From: a virus
Taxonomy: Duplodnaviria > Caudoviricetes
Length of the DNA: 54,696 nt
Strand: one strand, 5' to 3'
IMG/VR virus record: IMGVR_UViG_3300049432_000174
Span: 1-54,696 of that record
Shown piece after piece: positions 37,052-47,096 of this stretch. Each line of letters begins with the position of its first letter. Positions within the stretch are counted from its first letter, which is position 1. The notes below the pieces were generated by a model. That model did no database searches. It was given only the letters and a program-made list of their open reading frames with translations, and had not been told where the DNA came from. A program made the position numbers and the translations under genes.

Positions 37052-37975
37052 TCAGATCACGACCGTCGAGGCATAGCGGCGCAGCACGGAGTCGACCTCG
37101 GGGAGGCCGGTGGGCCGCTCCGGGGTCGGCACCGCGAACACGATCACGGCACCTTCGGTGGTCAGCGACGCTGTCCGTTCCGGCAGCAGCGAGTTCATCT
37201 TCCCCGCTGTGATCTTCCGTTTGGCGGTGTAGCGGGCCAGGGTGGCGGCGGCGTCGCGCAGGTCACCCGGCACGAACGGCATCCCATGCGACAGCCACAT
37301 CTCGTAGTGCCCGGCCGGCCATGCCCGCTGCCCCGACCAGATGAGATAGCCGGGGCCGGGCCGGAACTCGGCCACCACCTCGACGCCGGCCGGCGCCCCG
37401 TTGACGGACAGGGAGAACACCTGGCGGGGCCGGGCGATACCGGGGACAACGAGACGTTCCCCGCCGCCGCCGGCCGAGCCGACCCCCGACGTAATGATCG
37501 ACCCTGACGACGCCTCGGCAAACGTTCCCCGCCGGGCGTCCCAGTCGACCCGGATCCCCTCGAGCACCGCCGGGTAGCCGATCACGTCGGCCAGGAGATC
37601 CTCGACCGAGTCGAGCACCTCCGACCGACGGGCCGGAGTGAGCGACTGCAGGACATCGTCGGCCGCGATGTCCGCCGGGGACAGGACACGGTTCCCGACA
37701 AGGCGGAGCGTGTCGGTGATCGTCTCGTCGTAGCCGGAGACAGTGGCATGCCAGACCACGTCGAACGTGTCGAGCTCCGCCCGGGGTTCGAGGACGTAGG
37801 TGTACACGCCGGCCACCGGATCGTCGGTGGCCACCCCGCCGGCCAGGACGGCCACACCGGCGCCGTCGTAGATGTCGACGGTCACGGCCGTGTCAACGTC
37901 GACCTGGGTCGGGTTCCCCAACGCGTCGGCGACCATCACCGTCAGCGTCGTGGGGCGGCCGACGACGGCACGCAC
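37052..37975 (-). CDS. Head-to-tail adaptor with N-terminal Ig-like extension
   Basis: SHGMPFVPGDLRDAA..TGLPEVDSVLRRY. Confidence 0.7.
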   Translation of the reverse strand: MRAVVGRPTTLTVMVADALGNPTQVDVDTAVTVDIYDGAGVAVLAGGVATDDPVAGVYTYVLEPRAELDTFDVVWHATVSGYDETITDTLRLVGNRVLSPADIAADDVLQSLTPARRSEVLDSVEDLLADVIGYPAVLEGIRVDWDARRGTFAEASSGSIITSGVGSAGGGGERLVVPGIARPRQVFSLSVNGAPAGVEVVAEFRPGPGYLIWSGQRAWPAGHYEMWLSHGMPFVPGDLRDAAATLARYTAKRKITAGKMNSLLPERTASLTTEGAVIVFAVPTPERPTGLPEVDSVLRRYASTVVI

Positions 37976-37977
37976 GG

Positions 37978-38388
37978 TTAGGTCTTCGGGTTCGGCAGCT
38001 TGGTGGTCCGCACCCGCTTCCCGACCTGCGGGGTCACCAACGGTTCCACCTCCGCCGCCTCGACCGGCGGCTCGGGGACGTCAGGGGCGGGTTCGGCGGC
38101 CACGTCGGCGGGAGGAGCGACGAGCCCGAGACGGACAGCGTCAGCCAAGGAGATCACAGTCCCTTCGCGGTGCATCAGCCGGCGGCCTCCACCGGGCGCT
38201 TCGTCGAACACGTTGTGGGGCACGATGAACGGCACCGCCTCGGCCGGGACGGCATCTCCGGCGACGAGCCCCTCAGCAACCGCAGTCGCCCAAGGGATCT
38301 CGTCACCCGCGCCGTGCAGGAGCTGCCGGTAGCCGAACTCATCCGGGGCCGAGTAGATACGCTCGGGAACCCGGAACGTCCCCTTCAT
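37978..38388 (-). CDS. Small head-associated protein with two internal repeats
   Basis: LLHGAGDEIPWATAVAEGLV / LMHREGTVISLADAVRLGLV. Confidence 0.6.
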   Translation of the reverse strand: MKGTFRVPERIYSAPDEFGYRQLLHGAGDEIPWATAVAEGLVAGDAVPAEAVPFIVPHNVFDEAPGGGRRLMHREGTVISLADAVRLGLVAPPADVAAEPAPDVPEPPVEAAEVEPLVTPQVGKRVRTTKLPNPKT

Positions 38389-39752
38389 CAGGGAGTGACG
38401 CTGGCCAGGGAGCTGACCTCGCAGAACGCGAACGGGCGCTCAACAGCGAAGGCGGCTCGGATCTGGGCGAGGATGGCCACCAGCCCGGCGGAGAAGTAGT
38501 TGACGCCGCTCGGCACGTCGGTGTACCCGTCGGTGGCGGTGATGACCACGTCTTCGCGGAGCCACATCGTGGCGCCCATGCGGAAGTTCCCGACGAGGCC
38601 GGTGCCGGCCGTGAAGACCGGGGTGGCCACCGCCGGGAACCCCCAGATGCTGGCCTGGTCCTCGGTCGGCGAGAAGATGTAGCGGCCCTGCAGATCCTTC
38701 TGCAGGATGATCTTCTCCAGGTCGACAGGGTGCAGACCGATGGCGTCGGGATCCTCGAAGAGGTGGAGACGGACGTAGGTGATGCCCCGGTGGATGGCGT
38801 CGAGGGCGTACTCGTCGGCGACGTCGCCCTGGGCCAGCGAACCAATCGAACCGGTGTGGAGGATCCCGTCGAAGTTCTCCCCCGACCCGTTCCCATTGAG
38901 GACCTGCGCTTCGACCGTGAGCCGGGCGTCGGTCATCAACTGGCGGTCGAGGATGCCCTGCACCCGACCCTCGTCGGCGAGGACTTCCTTCGGGGCGGTG
39001 AGCAGCACCGGGATCCGCCTCACGTTGTTCGTGACCCGCTCGAACGCCAACGTCGCCTGCGGGGCGTTCACCCCGGTGGCGGTGGGGGCGGCGGCCAGGG
39101 TGCGGACCGTCTGCCTCGTCCACACCACGGCGTCGCTGTCGGTCGTCTCCACGTTGATCAGGTCGATGAGGCGGACCTGGCGGACGGGGAGCTCCACCGG
39201 CGGGATCAGCGAAAACTCGGGGGTGACCATCGCCTGACCAGATGTCAGGTCGAGACCGGCCCGCTGGCGGATCAGGTCCTTGAACTCGTCGCGGGTGTAG
39301 GCCGTCGCCGGACCCATCCGGACCTGCGCCTCGGCCATGCTGGCGGCCCCGGACCGCTTCACGGTCTGGTACGCCTCCGATTCCACGATGCGCCGCCCGA
39401 CCGTGGTGCGGCGCGCCAGACCCGGGCCTGCCCCGGGGCCGCCACCGGCGGGGCCAGTCCCCGCCCCGCCCGCGCCGTTGGCCCGGCCGGTCCACCCGAA
39501 CGTCCGCTCGAGCCGCTTACGCAACTCGCAGACCTGGTCGACCCGCAGGTCGGCTTCCTTGTACGCCTCGTCGATCTTCTCGAAGGCGTCCACGTCATCC
39601 TCATGCAGCGAGGAGAGGTTGACCCCCGAATCGGCCATGTCCTGACGAAGCTTGTCGGCCGCGGCGCGCTTCTCCACCGCTTCCTTGTTCAGCCGGTCGA
39701 TCTCAGAACGAAGCTTGAGGACGTCACCCTCGACGTCAACGATGTCGGGCAT
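38388..39752 (-). CDS. HK97-fold major capsid protein
   Basis: Coiled-coil delta domain; QVLNGNGSGENF..IWGFPAV..GLVGNF..AFAVERPFAF; SD AGGAGG before ATG 39752. Confidence 0.95.
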   Translation of the reverse strand: MPDIVDVEGDVLKLRSEIDRLNKEAVEKRAAADKLRQDMADSGVNLSSLHEDDVDAFEKIDEAYKEADLRVDQVCELRKRLERTFGWTGRANGAGGAGTGPAGGGPGAGPGLARRTTVGRRIVESEAYQTVKRSGAASMAEAQVRMGPATAYTRDEFKDLIRQRAGLDLTSGQAMVTPEFSLIPPVELPVRQVRLIDLINVETTDSDAVVWTRQTVRTLAAAPTATGVNAPQATLAFERVTNNVRRIPVLLTAPKEVLADEGRVQGILDRQLMTDARLTVEAQVLNGNGSGENFDGILHTGSIGSLAQGDVADEYALDAIHRGITYVRLHLFEDPDAIGLHPVDLEKIILQKDLQGRYIFSPTEDQASIWGFPAVATPVFTAGTGLVGNFRMGATMWLREDVVITATDGYTDVPSGVNYFSAGLVAILAQIRAAFAVERPFAFCEVSSLASVTP

Positions 39753-39765
39753 GTGATGTCCCCTC

Positions 39766-40794
39766 CTAAACGGGTGTGGTGCTGTTGGTGGGTGAGGATG
39801 GAGAACCGCTAGCGGAACTGGCCCGGGCCCGCATGGCGTCGCGGCCAGCGCGGGTAGCGAAAAAACGGCTGCCGAGGGCCACTGCGGCGGGGTCGGCGGC
39901 TGGGACCTCGTCAGCGACCTCAGCCGCTCCTGCTTCGGCGGCCTCGGTGTCGGCCGCTTCGGCGGCGTCCAGCTCGTCGAGGATCTCGTCGAGGATCCCC
40001 GCCTCTTCCGGCGACTCGCCGGGCGTGTCGTCGGAGCGGAGCTTCGCCAGCCGGGCCCGGGCCCGGACGAGACGGTCCCGCGTCGGCGGCGACTCGGCCG
40101 CCTCGCCACCAGGGGCAGCGGCGCCGCCGACGCGGACCTCGACGGCCGTGGTCCCGGCCGTGGCCGGCACGCCGTTGATGACCAGCGAACCTGTAGTCGA
40201 CGTCACGGTGGCCGCCGGGATCTCCGGCACCGAGAACAGTTTCCGGAGGCGCACCACCTCAGCCTTGGCGTCGCCGTCGACGGTCACGACCGGGGCACCC
40301 CGCAGGTCCAGCGTCTCCGTCCCCGGGTTCGCACCCCGGAAACAGGCCGTCGCTTCGATCAGGTCGCCCCGCTCGATCAGGTCGCAGTACGGCTCCTCCT
40401 CGTCGTTGACGATCCGCTCCGGGAAGAAGGCGATCGACCATTCCTCGACGGCCCGGGCGACCATGGACCGCCACACCCGCTGCACCAGCGGGTCGAGATC
40501 GAGGTACAGCTCCCCCCGGACGATCAGGCCGAGGTCGAGTTCCTGAGCGGCGCCGTGACCGATCGGGCCGGCGCTCCACTGGTGGTTCCAACAGATCGGG
40601 ATCGTCGGGTGCTCGGCGATCGAGTCGGCGAAACAGCCGGCAACGATGCGCTCGGTCCACCCCCAGCCGATCTCGTAGGTCTCGGCGTAGGACGACACGA
40701 TCGCTTCGAAGGTGCCTTCCCCGACATCGGGTGTGGCACGAACCGAGGCGCGCATCCTGCGCCGGGCGATGGGAGGAGCGGCAGCCGTAGCCAT
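39766..40794 (-). CDS. HK97-family prohead protease with scaffold-like tail
   Basis: GTFEAIVSSY..WNHQW..PIG..WSIAF..EATACFRGANP. Confidence 0.9.
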   Translation of the reverse strand: MATAAAPPIARRRMRASVRATPDVGEGTFEAIVSSYAETYEIGWGWTERIVAGCFADSIAEHPTIPICWNHQWSAGPIGHGAAQELDLGLIVRGELYLDLDPLVQRVWRSMVARAVEEWSIAFFPERIVNDEEEPYCDLIERGDLIEATACFRGANPGTETLDLRGAPVVTVDGDAKAEVVRLRKLFSVPEIPAATVTSTTGSLVINGVPATAGTTAVEVRVGGAAAPGGEAAESPPTRDRLVRARARLAKLRSDDTPGESPEEAGILDEILDELDAAEAADTEAAEAGAAEVADEVPAADPAAVALGSRFFATRAGRDAMRARASSASGSPSSPTNSTTPV

Positions 40795-40824
40795 GCCCCG
40801 GAGGGTCCCAACCGGCTAGCGGCT

Positions 40825-41088
40825 TCAGACCAGAGGTGGCCAGTGCCAGGTGCGCGGCGCCGGCTCGTCGCTGTCGTCGTAGGGGACGGACAGCTCGGCG
40901 TAGTCGACCCCCGGGGAGAACACCCGGAGGTGGACCGTCGACCCCGCCGGCGCCTCCAACGGGCTGCCCTCGGCGTGGTTCTCCTCGGTGACCACGATGA
41001 TCGCCGGGAGGATGTACCGGAACCCGCCCCGGCCGTCGGTCTGGTAATGGACAATCCGGCCCGGTGTCGGCCGGCCCCGCTCGGCCAT
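40825..41088 (-). CDS. Hypothetical phage protein
   Basis: PTPGRIVHY..PAIIV..VHLRVF..WHWPP. Confidence 0.7.
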   Translation of the reverse strand: MAERGRPTPGRIVHYQTDGRGGFRYILPAIIVVTEENHAEGSPLEAPAGSTVHLRVFSPGVDYAELSVPYDDSDEPAPRTWHWPPLV

Positions 41089-41090
41089 TC

Positions 41091-42467
41091 TCAGTCCTCC
41101 TCGTCGTCGACGTCGTCGGGATCGGGGTCGCCGCCGCCCGGCAGCAGCTCGCCGTCAGCGATGTCGTCGTCGCCCTCGACGCCGCTGGTCGTCGTCGGTG
41201 TCCCGAACCCGAGCGGGATCGTGCCCGACCCGGCCCAGATGGTGTCCGCCTCGGGGTATGGCAGGTCCGGGAGGTTCTCCTTCCGGCGCCGCTCGTTCGG
41301 GGTGTAGGTGGGGCCCATCTGGGCGTAGGCCTGGGCCCGCTCCAGGAGGTCGGGGCGGAGCCGCTCGTCGAGGTCGAACTCGGACCAGTGGTAGTCCCAC
41401 AGCGGATTCTGGGAGATCATCTGCGCCCACCACTCGTCCTCGAACAGCGTCGCCCACGGCCCGAGGGTGTCTCGCACGTACTTCCCGCGGGTCTCGGCGA
41501 TGTTGGCCTTGATGGCGTGGTCGTAGATCCCCACCATCGGCGGGTCAACGCCGTACACCCCGAACACCTCTTCGCGGGACAGGCGGATCAGCTCGACGAG
41601 GGTCGGGACCCCGGTCGCTTCTGCGATCGGCTGGTATTCGGCGCTGGTGATGATCACGTTGCCGGACTGCTCCGGCGCCGTGTAGAGCTGGCGGAACTGC
41701 TCCCGGATCCGCTCCACGTCGTCGTCCTTCGGCATCTGCGACAGCCGCAGGATCCCCGACGGGCGCGCCGCGTTGCCGTAGTAGGAGACGAGGTGCCGGT
41801 CGATGGCGTTGTGCAGCGCGATCGTGTACTGCAACGACTCGATGGGCGACACCCCGACGACCGACTCCGGGTCATCCCCCCAGGTGATGTGCACGCACTC
41901 CTCGGGGGCGAGCATGCGGCTCCCGCCGGCGCCCCACGCCTCCCACCACAGCACCGACATCGGGTCTTCCGTGACGACCCGGATGCGCCGCCACGGCACA
42001 GGCCACAACTCGTCCGGGCCGTAGTTCCCCCAGTTGAACGTCTGGAGGGCGTTGCCGAACACGCAGACGTCGATCATCGCCCGGAAGATCAGCCTGCGGC
42101 GCGACACCCTCGGCGCCGGCTGGCGGAACAACCGGTCGAGCGCCAGCCCGGCGGCGGGCGGCCGGGCTGAGCTGTCCGGGGGGAGGTCGGACCGGACCCG
42201 GCGCCGTTCCCCGTTGGCGGCCGCGGTGTAGCTCCGCACCGGGATCGACGACAGACCGCGGGCCAGGAGGTGGCAACAGGCGTACACCAGCGGGTTGGTC
42301 CGGTACACCCGCGACAACGCCAGCATCCGCATCTCGCCGGTCGGTAGCCGGGTCAGAGGAATCGACTGGGCTCCCGGCGACCGGATCTGCTGCACGTCGA
42401 TCCCACCCAGCGGGTAGGACCGCTGACGGATCTGCTCGAGCTGGCCGGCGGCCGACAGGACCTGCAC
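41091..42467 (-). CDS. HK97-family portal protein
   Basis: VYACCHLLA..GVSPI..YYGNAARPSGIL..VYGVDP..TPNERR. Confidence 0.95.
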   Translation of the reverse strand: MQVLSAAGQLEQIRQRSYPLGGIDVQQIRSPGAQSIPLTRLPTGEMRMLALSRVYRTNPLVYACCHLLARGLSSIPVRSYTAAANGERRRVRSDLPPDSSARPPAAGLALDRLFRQPAPRVSRRRLIFRAMIDVCVFGNALQTFNWGNYGPDELWPVPWRRIRVVTEDPMSVLWWEAWGAGGSRMLAPEECVHITWGDDPESVVGVSPIESLQYTIALHNAIDRHLVSYYGNAARPSGILRLSQMPKDDDVERIREQFRQLYTAPEQSGNVIITSAEYQPIAEATGVPTLVELIRLSREEVFGVYGVDPPMVGIYDHAIKANIAETRGKYVRDTLGPWATLFEDEWWAQMISQNPLWDYHWSEFDLDERLRPDLLERAQAYAQMGPTYTPNERRRKENLPDLPYPEADTIWAGSGTIPLGFGTPTTTSGVEGDDDIADGELLPGGGDPDPDDVDDEED

Positions 42468-42488
42468 GGCCCTGATGGTGCGGGTGGG

Positions 42489-42953
42489 CTAGCGCTTGGC
42501 CGCCCCGTTCGTGGCCGGGCCCGCCCGGGGCGGCACCTGCGTGAACGCCACCCGCTCCCGGGCCACGAACACCTCACCACCCAGCGGCACATTGCGGTCC
42601 CCGAGGTACTCCGCCGCGGTCAGCAACACCCCATCGTCGGTCACCTCGAGCACCACCCCCCTGATCGTCGTGTCATCCGTCAGGTGCACCATCAGCTGCT
42701 GGCGCCGCATCGTCGCCCACCACGACCGGGGCTCCGCCGCCCGCTCCGCCGCCAGCCGATGCCGCGTCTGCGCGCCCCGGGCCCGGGCCGCGGCCACCTC
42801 CGCTGCCGCTCGGCCGGCCGCCTCGTCTGCCCGGGCCGCCTCGGACTCCTCCAGCAGCACCATGAGGCGTGTCGTGGTGCGCAGCGACAGCCACACCGCC
42901 ACCAGCGCGGCGGCCAGGCCGACCAGCGCGGCGCACAGGATCGACGTGGTCAT
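42489..42953 (-). CDS. TM plus Sm-like hypothetical protein
   Basis: VHLTDDTTIRGVV..LGGEVFVARERVAFTQ. Confidence 0.6.
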   Translation of the reverse strand: MTTSILCAALVGLAAALVAVWLSLRTTTRLMVLLEESEAARADEAAGRAAAEVAAARARGAQTRHRLAAERAAEPRSWWATMRRQQLMVHLTDDTTIRGVVLEVTDDGVLLTAAEYLGDRNVPLGGEVFVARERVAFTQVPPRAGPATNGAAKR

Positions 42954-43237
42954 TGGTGCGCCTTCTCCTTGACCCGGGGCGAGACGAAGGTCCGGCCCCG
43001 GCTGTAGTGGGGCACCGGGTCGGCGATGAACCGGCCATTGATGTCCTTCGCTCGCACCATGAACGCGTCGGCCTGGTCGACGTGCCAAAAGGCCTCCTGC
43101 AACTCCTCGAGGCAGGCGACGAAGCGGTCCTGCCACTCCAGCGGCATCGACTGAAGCAGGGTCCGGGGAAGGACCTGATAGTTGGCATACGTCAGACCGA
43201 ACCAGAGGTGGACCGCCCCGTCCGGCGCGGAGGTCAC
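42950..43237 (-). CDS. Hypothetical phage protein
   Basis: HLWFGLTYANYQVLPRTLLQSMPLEWQ. Confidence 0.7.
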   Translation of the reverse strand: MTSAPDGAVHLWFGLTYANYQVLPRTLLQSMPLEWQDRFVACLEELQEAFWHVDQADAFMVRAKDINGRFIADPVPHYSRGRTFVSPRVKEKAHQ

Positions 43238-45897
43238 GATGCCTCCCCACCGGCCGCCGGCGCCGGCGCCTGTGGCTGGCCGAGGAAGATGGCGAAATCG
43301 GCGGTGCCTTCGTCGTCCATCATCGCCTTCATCGCCAACACGTCGGCCACCACCCCGTCGATCTTGTCCTTCGACCTGGCCTTGTCCGGCTTCACGTTCT
43401 CCCCCGAGTCGTACACCGGCACCACGTTCGTCGCCATCCACCGCAACACCGGGTTGCCGCCGTGGCGGAGCTTCCGCTCGTTGACGAGCCGCTCGTAGTT
43501 CTTCGCCGGCGCCGACAACGCCGCGATGGTCTGCGGATACGGCACCATGCGGATCCCCTCATCCTCGAGTTCCTGGACGACCTTGATGGCGTTCCACCGG
43601 TCGTAACCGACCGCCCGCAGGTCCAGCGCGGCGGCGTCGACGATGATCTGCGCCTTGATCACATCGAAATTCGTGGTCTTCCCCGGTGTCACCGTCAGGT
43701 AGCCGGCCGCCGCCCACATTCGCATCGTCGCCTGCATCTCCCCCCGCCGGGCCAACGCCACCTCCGGCAAGAAGAAGCGGGACAGGACCGTGACGGTGCC
43801 GTCGTCGTGGGGGATGGCGATCTTCCATGCGGCGAAGTCGGCGCTCGACGCGAGGTCGAGGCCTCCCCATGCCGGCGCGCCCGACAAGTCCTCATCGAGG
43901 AACCCGGGGCACCCATCCCACGCCTCCAGGTCCAGCCACACCGCCGTCGTCGGCCGCGACCGGATCCCGAGATGGAGCCGCTTGAACGTCGGGAGGAACG
44001 CCGGGGAACTCTCCGCCTTCAGCGCCTTCGACGCCAGGTAGTTCCGCATCACCGACCGGTCGATCCCCGGGTTCGCCGCCTCCCACGTCGCCTCGGCGAA
44101 CGGGTCGGCGTCATCCGCCGCGGCGAACACCACCCCGTAGACCGAGGGGTCGACGATGATCCCGTCGGCCAGACGCTCGACGTAGCTGCGCTTCTCGTCG
44201 TAGATCGAGGTGCGGTCGTCTTCGTCGGCGGTAGTGATGTAGATGATGAGCGGCTGGCGCCGGCTGCCGGTCGCCGTGTCGACCGCGTCGATCAGGTCGC
44301 GGGTCTTATGCACGTGGACCTCGTCGACGATGGCGCCGTGGACGTTGAGGCCGTGCTGGAGACCGGCGTCGGAGGCCAGCACCTCGAAGAACCCGTTGGT
44401 CTCTCGGTACTCGATGACGTTGCGGTGGACCAGCAGCCGGTCGCGGATGTCTTTGCTGCCGGAGCGGACCATCGCCCGGGCCGGGTCGAACACCTGTCGC
44501 GCCTGACGCTTGGCTCCCGCCAGCGCGTAGACCTCGGCCCCCGGCTCCCGGTCCGCCGAGAGGAGGTACAGGCCGACCCCCGACCCAATCGTCGAGTTGT
44601 GGGTCGGGACGAACGACCGACCGACGAGGTACATGCCGTGGGGGTCGGCGATCTGGATGCACTTCACCGGCACCGACGGGACCGGCTCGACGGACACGAC
44701 CTGGCGGCTGCGCGACCGGGCCCGTCGGGCGACTGGCGGTGGAGCGAGACGTTGCAGCTTGCGGGTCAGGCGGAAGACTGGCCGGTCGGCGTAGGTGGTG
44801 AAGGCGATGTCCCAGACGGGGCCGCAGTCCTTCCCGCTGAGGGTGGCCCGTGTCTCCCGTACGGTTGCCTTGAAGCCGAGGGAGCGCACCAGTTCGGCGA
44901 CGTCCGCCGCCAGGCGCATCGAGGTGCTGGTGTAGATGCACTGGGTGATGTTGTGCTTGACGCCCCTTCGGCTCACGGTGCCGTCGGTGTCCATGAGCCC
45001 CTGAAGGAGAGCTAGCCGCTGCGGCGCCGATGCCCGCAGGTACTCGGTGGGGATGTGCTTCGCTCCGAGCACGCCGAGGTCTCGCAGTTCGGCGAGGAGG
45101 CCGTAGATGCCCCACAGGTAGGAGGCCTTGCGTTTGACGACCCTGTATCCGGCGCCGATGATTTGGTCGATGACCTCTTGGTCAGCCGACGTGATCGAAC
45201 CGCCCGCCGTCGTGCCGTCGCCGAGCCAGGCACCGAGGACGTAGGGGTTAACGACCAGCTTCGCCTCGGGCAGCTCGAGAGCGCCGGCGATGGTCACTGC
45301 GTGGTTCCGGTCGTTGCGGGGCCCGTAGGTGACCGTCTCGGCGAGTTCTCGGGTGGTGTGAAGACCGGTCGCCTCGGTCTGGAGCCCTTGCTTGCGCATC
45401 TGGGTCCGCCAGAGGTGGCCTGCGTCAGCGATGAGCGACTCGCCGTCGGAGAAGGTGACCCGGTAGCACGGCCGGCCCCACATCGTGTTCGTGACGCCAG
45501 CGACCGTGGTGACCCGTCCCTCGTCGGTGAACACCTCGTCGCCAACCTCGAGCGCACCGTGGTTTGTCCACCCATCAGGCGTCGGAACAGGCGTGTCAAA
45601 AGCCAAGGCCTTGGCGTTCTTGCGGGGCATCTCCCACCACGCGTCGCGCACGATCCGGTACCCCTGGGCGTTCTTCCAGCCGAACACCGGGGCGATCAGG
45701 TACTCGATCTGCCAGTCGTCGAGGACGAGGAGGTGACCGCCGAGCTCCCCCTTGATGTGGCGCAGCTGGGCGAAGAACCGCACCACCCGGTCCACCGCCG
45801 CCTCGTCGAACCAGGCACCCGGCACGTCGACCGGCGGCGGCGTCTGGATCAGCGGCCGGCACCCCACCGGCACCACCAGCCCGCCGGCGGCGGTCAC
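43234..45897 (-). CDS. terL: Terminase large subunit, intein-containing
   Basis: PRKNAK/ST P-loop, IVDEVH, GGLDLASSAD, YDRWNA, KIDGVVA. Confidence 0.95.
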   Translation of the reverse strand: MTAAGGLVVPVGCRPLIQTPPPVDVPGAWFDEAAVDRVVRFFAQLRHIKGELGGHLLVLDDWQIEYLIAPVFGWKNAQGYRIVRDAWWEMPRKNAKALAFDTPVPTPDGWTNHGALEVGDEVFTDEGRVTTVAGVTNTMWGRPCYRVTFSDGESLIADAGHLWRTQMRKQGLQTEATGLHTTRELAETVTYGPRNDRNHAVTIAGALELPEAKLVVNPYVLGAWLGDGTTAGGSITSADQEVIDQIIGAGYRVVKRKASYLWGIYGLLAELRDLGVLGAKHIPTEYLRASAPQRLALLQGLMDTDGTVSRRGVKHNITQCIYTSTSMRLAADVAELVRSLGFKATVRETRATLSGKDCGPVWDIAFTTYADRPVFRLTRKLQRLAPPPVARRARSRSRQVVSVEPVPSVPVKCIQIADPHGMYLVGRSFVPTHNSTIGSGVGLYLLSADREPGAEVYALAGAKRQARQVFDPARAMVRSGSKDIRDRLLVHRNVIEYRETNGFFEVLASDAGLQHGLNVHGAIVDEVHVHKTRDLIDAVDTATGSRRQPLIIYITTADEDDRTSIYDEKRSYVERLADGIIVDPSVYGVVFAAADDADPFAEATWEAANPGIDRSVMRNYLASKALKAESSPAFLPTFKRLHLGIRSRPTTAVWLDLEAWDGCPGFLDEDLSGAPAWGGLDLASSADFAAWKIAIPHDDGTVTVLSRFFLPEVALARRGEMQATMRMWAAAGYLTVTPGKTTNFDVIKAQIIVDAAALDLRAVGYDRWNAIKVVQELEDEGIRMVPYPQTIAALSAPAKNYERLVNERKLRHGGNPVLRWMATNVVPVYDSGENVKPDKARSKDKIDGVVADVLAMKAMMDDEGTADFAIFLGQPQAPAPAAGGEAS
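44596..45609 (-). mobile_element. Class 3 intein (338 aa) with LAGLIDADG homing endonuclease
   Basis: ALAFDTP start; HLW, VKCIQ, PTHN|S; LGAWLGDG and LLQGLMDTDG. Confidence 0.92.
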
Positions 45898-46355
45898 GTA
45901 TCAAACAGGTCATCGGACGGGTCGGGTTCCTCCACCGCCAACGTCGTCCGGAGGCGGGCGACCGGGACCATCCCGAACTGCTTGGCGTACTCGAGGAACG
46001 AGGCGGAGTGGAGCCGCAGCGCGTCGCTTGCCGGGTTGCGCGACAGGCGGTTCTGATGGCCCGGGTCCCTCACCACGGCCCCCTCTTCGAGGATCTTCTT
46101 CGACGCCGCGACGGCCACCTGGTAGTGCTGAATGGCGAGGGCCAGCGCCAGATCGTCGGCCGGTGAGTACAGGCCGGCGGCCTGAAGCTCCTTCGCCTTC
46201 TTCCGGAACAGGACCCCGCCGCCGGCGTTGAGACTGCCCGGCGCCTTGATCGGACCGGCCGGGACCACAGGATGCGCCGGCGCGGCTTTCCCGCCCGGGT
46301 TGGCCCGGCGGAGACGGACTACGTTGCTCTGCGGGAGCGGGCCTCGGGCACCCAT
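45894..46355 (-). CDS. terS: Terminase small subunit (P27 family)
   Basis: MGARGPLP..NPG..NPA..QFGMVPVARLR. Confidence 0.9.
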   Translation of the reverse strand: MGARGPLPQSNVVRLRRANPGGKAAPAHPVVPAGPIKAPGSLNAGGGVLFRKKAKELQAAGLYSPADDLALALAIQHYQVAVAASKKILEEGAVVRDPGHQNRLSRNPASDALRLHSASFLEYAKQFGMVPVARLRTTLAVEEPDPSDDLFDT

Positions 46356-46357
46356 CG

Positions 46358-46639
46358 TCAGCCTCCTGGCTGACGGTAGCGGCGCCCACCGTCCGTTTGG
46401 CCGGAGTGCCGTGGGCAGAGCAAAACCTTGTTGTCGACGTCGTTCCCGCCACCCATCCGCTCGGGCACCACGTGGCCCTGGATGAGACCCTTGCCCTTCC
46501 CGTCGCTGCCCATATTGACGACCCCTTCGGCGGCGCAGAGCACACAGCCGCCGTCCCGGGCGAGGAGCTGCTGCTTGTCGGTTGTCCGCCACTGGTTCTT
46601 GAAGCGGTAGCCCCGCCGGTTCCCTTCGCTGTCAGGCAC
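46358..46639 (-). CDS. HNH endonuclease, packaging-associated
   Basis: ARDGGCVLC..GHVVP..GGGND..NKVLLCPRH. Confidence 0.85.
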   Translation of the reverse strand: MPDSEGNRRGYRFKNQWRTTDKQQLLARDGGCVLCAAEGVVNMGSDGKGKGLIQGHVVPERMGGGNDVDNKVLLCPRHSGQTDGGRRYRQPGG

Positions 46640-47096
46640 TGGCCTCCGCCTCCTCCTGCTTGGCCGCCTCGCGGCGCTGCTCCCGCCACGCCTGGCCGTG
46701 GCTGTTCCACCAGCGCCGCTGCCGGGCCTTCTCCCGCTCTCGGCGTTCGTCCTCGGCGATCTGCGCTTCGCTGGTGCAGGACGTGCACCAGGCCGCCGCC
46801 GACGCCGGGTCGATGCTGCGCCGGCTACACCGTGGGCACAGGTCGGGGGCCCGGTCGAGCTGGCGGCGGGTCATCCACTGGGCCAGCTCGTCGGCGAGGC
46901 CGTTCTCGCCGTTGATGACCCGCCGGACTTCTGTGACGGCGATGCGCACGGTCGCTGCCCGCCGAACGTCGCCGGGCATGGTCATGGCGGCGAGGCGGCC
47001 ACTGTGGACCCAGCGGAGCACGGTGGTCCGGTGGACGCGCAGGAGGACGGCCACCTCGGTGGGGGTCATGAACTCGGTGGGTAGGTCAGGCGCCAC
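46632..47096 (-). CDS. Excisionase/MerR-like HTH protein with C-terminal zinc finger
   Basis: MTPTEVAVLLRVHRTTVLRWVHSGRL; CPRC..CTSC. Confidence 0.75.
   Translation of the reverse strand: MAPDLPTEFMTPTEVAVLLRVHRTTVLRWVHSGRLAAMTMPGDVRRAATVRIAVTEVRRVINGENGLADELAQWMTRRQLDRAPDLCPRCSRRSIDPASAAAWCTSCTSEAQIAEDERREREKARQRRWWNSHGQAWREQRREAAKQEEAEASA

Noticed and set aside
38388-40109. 573-aa capsid as in the ORF track (likewise extended starts for helicase-MTase, TerS, tail protein, WhiB)
   Set aside because: Upstream extensions overlap other genes; internal starts with SD or coupling fit better.
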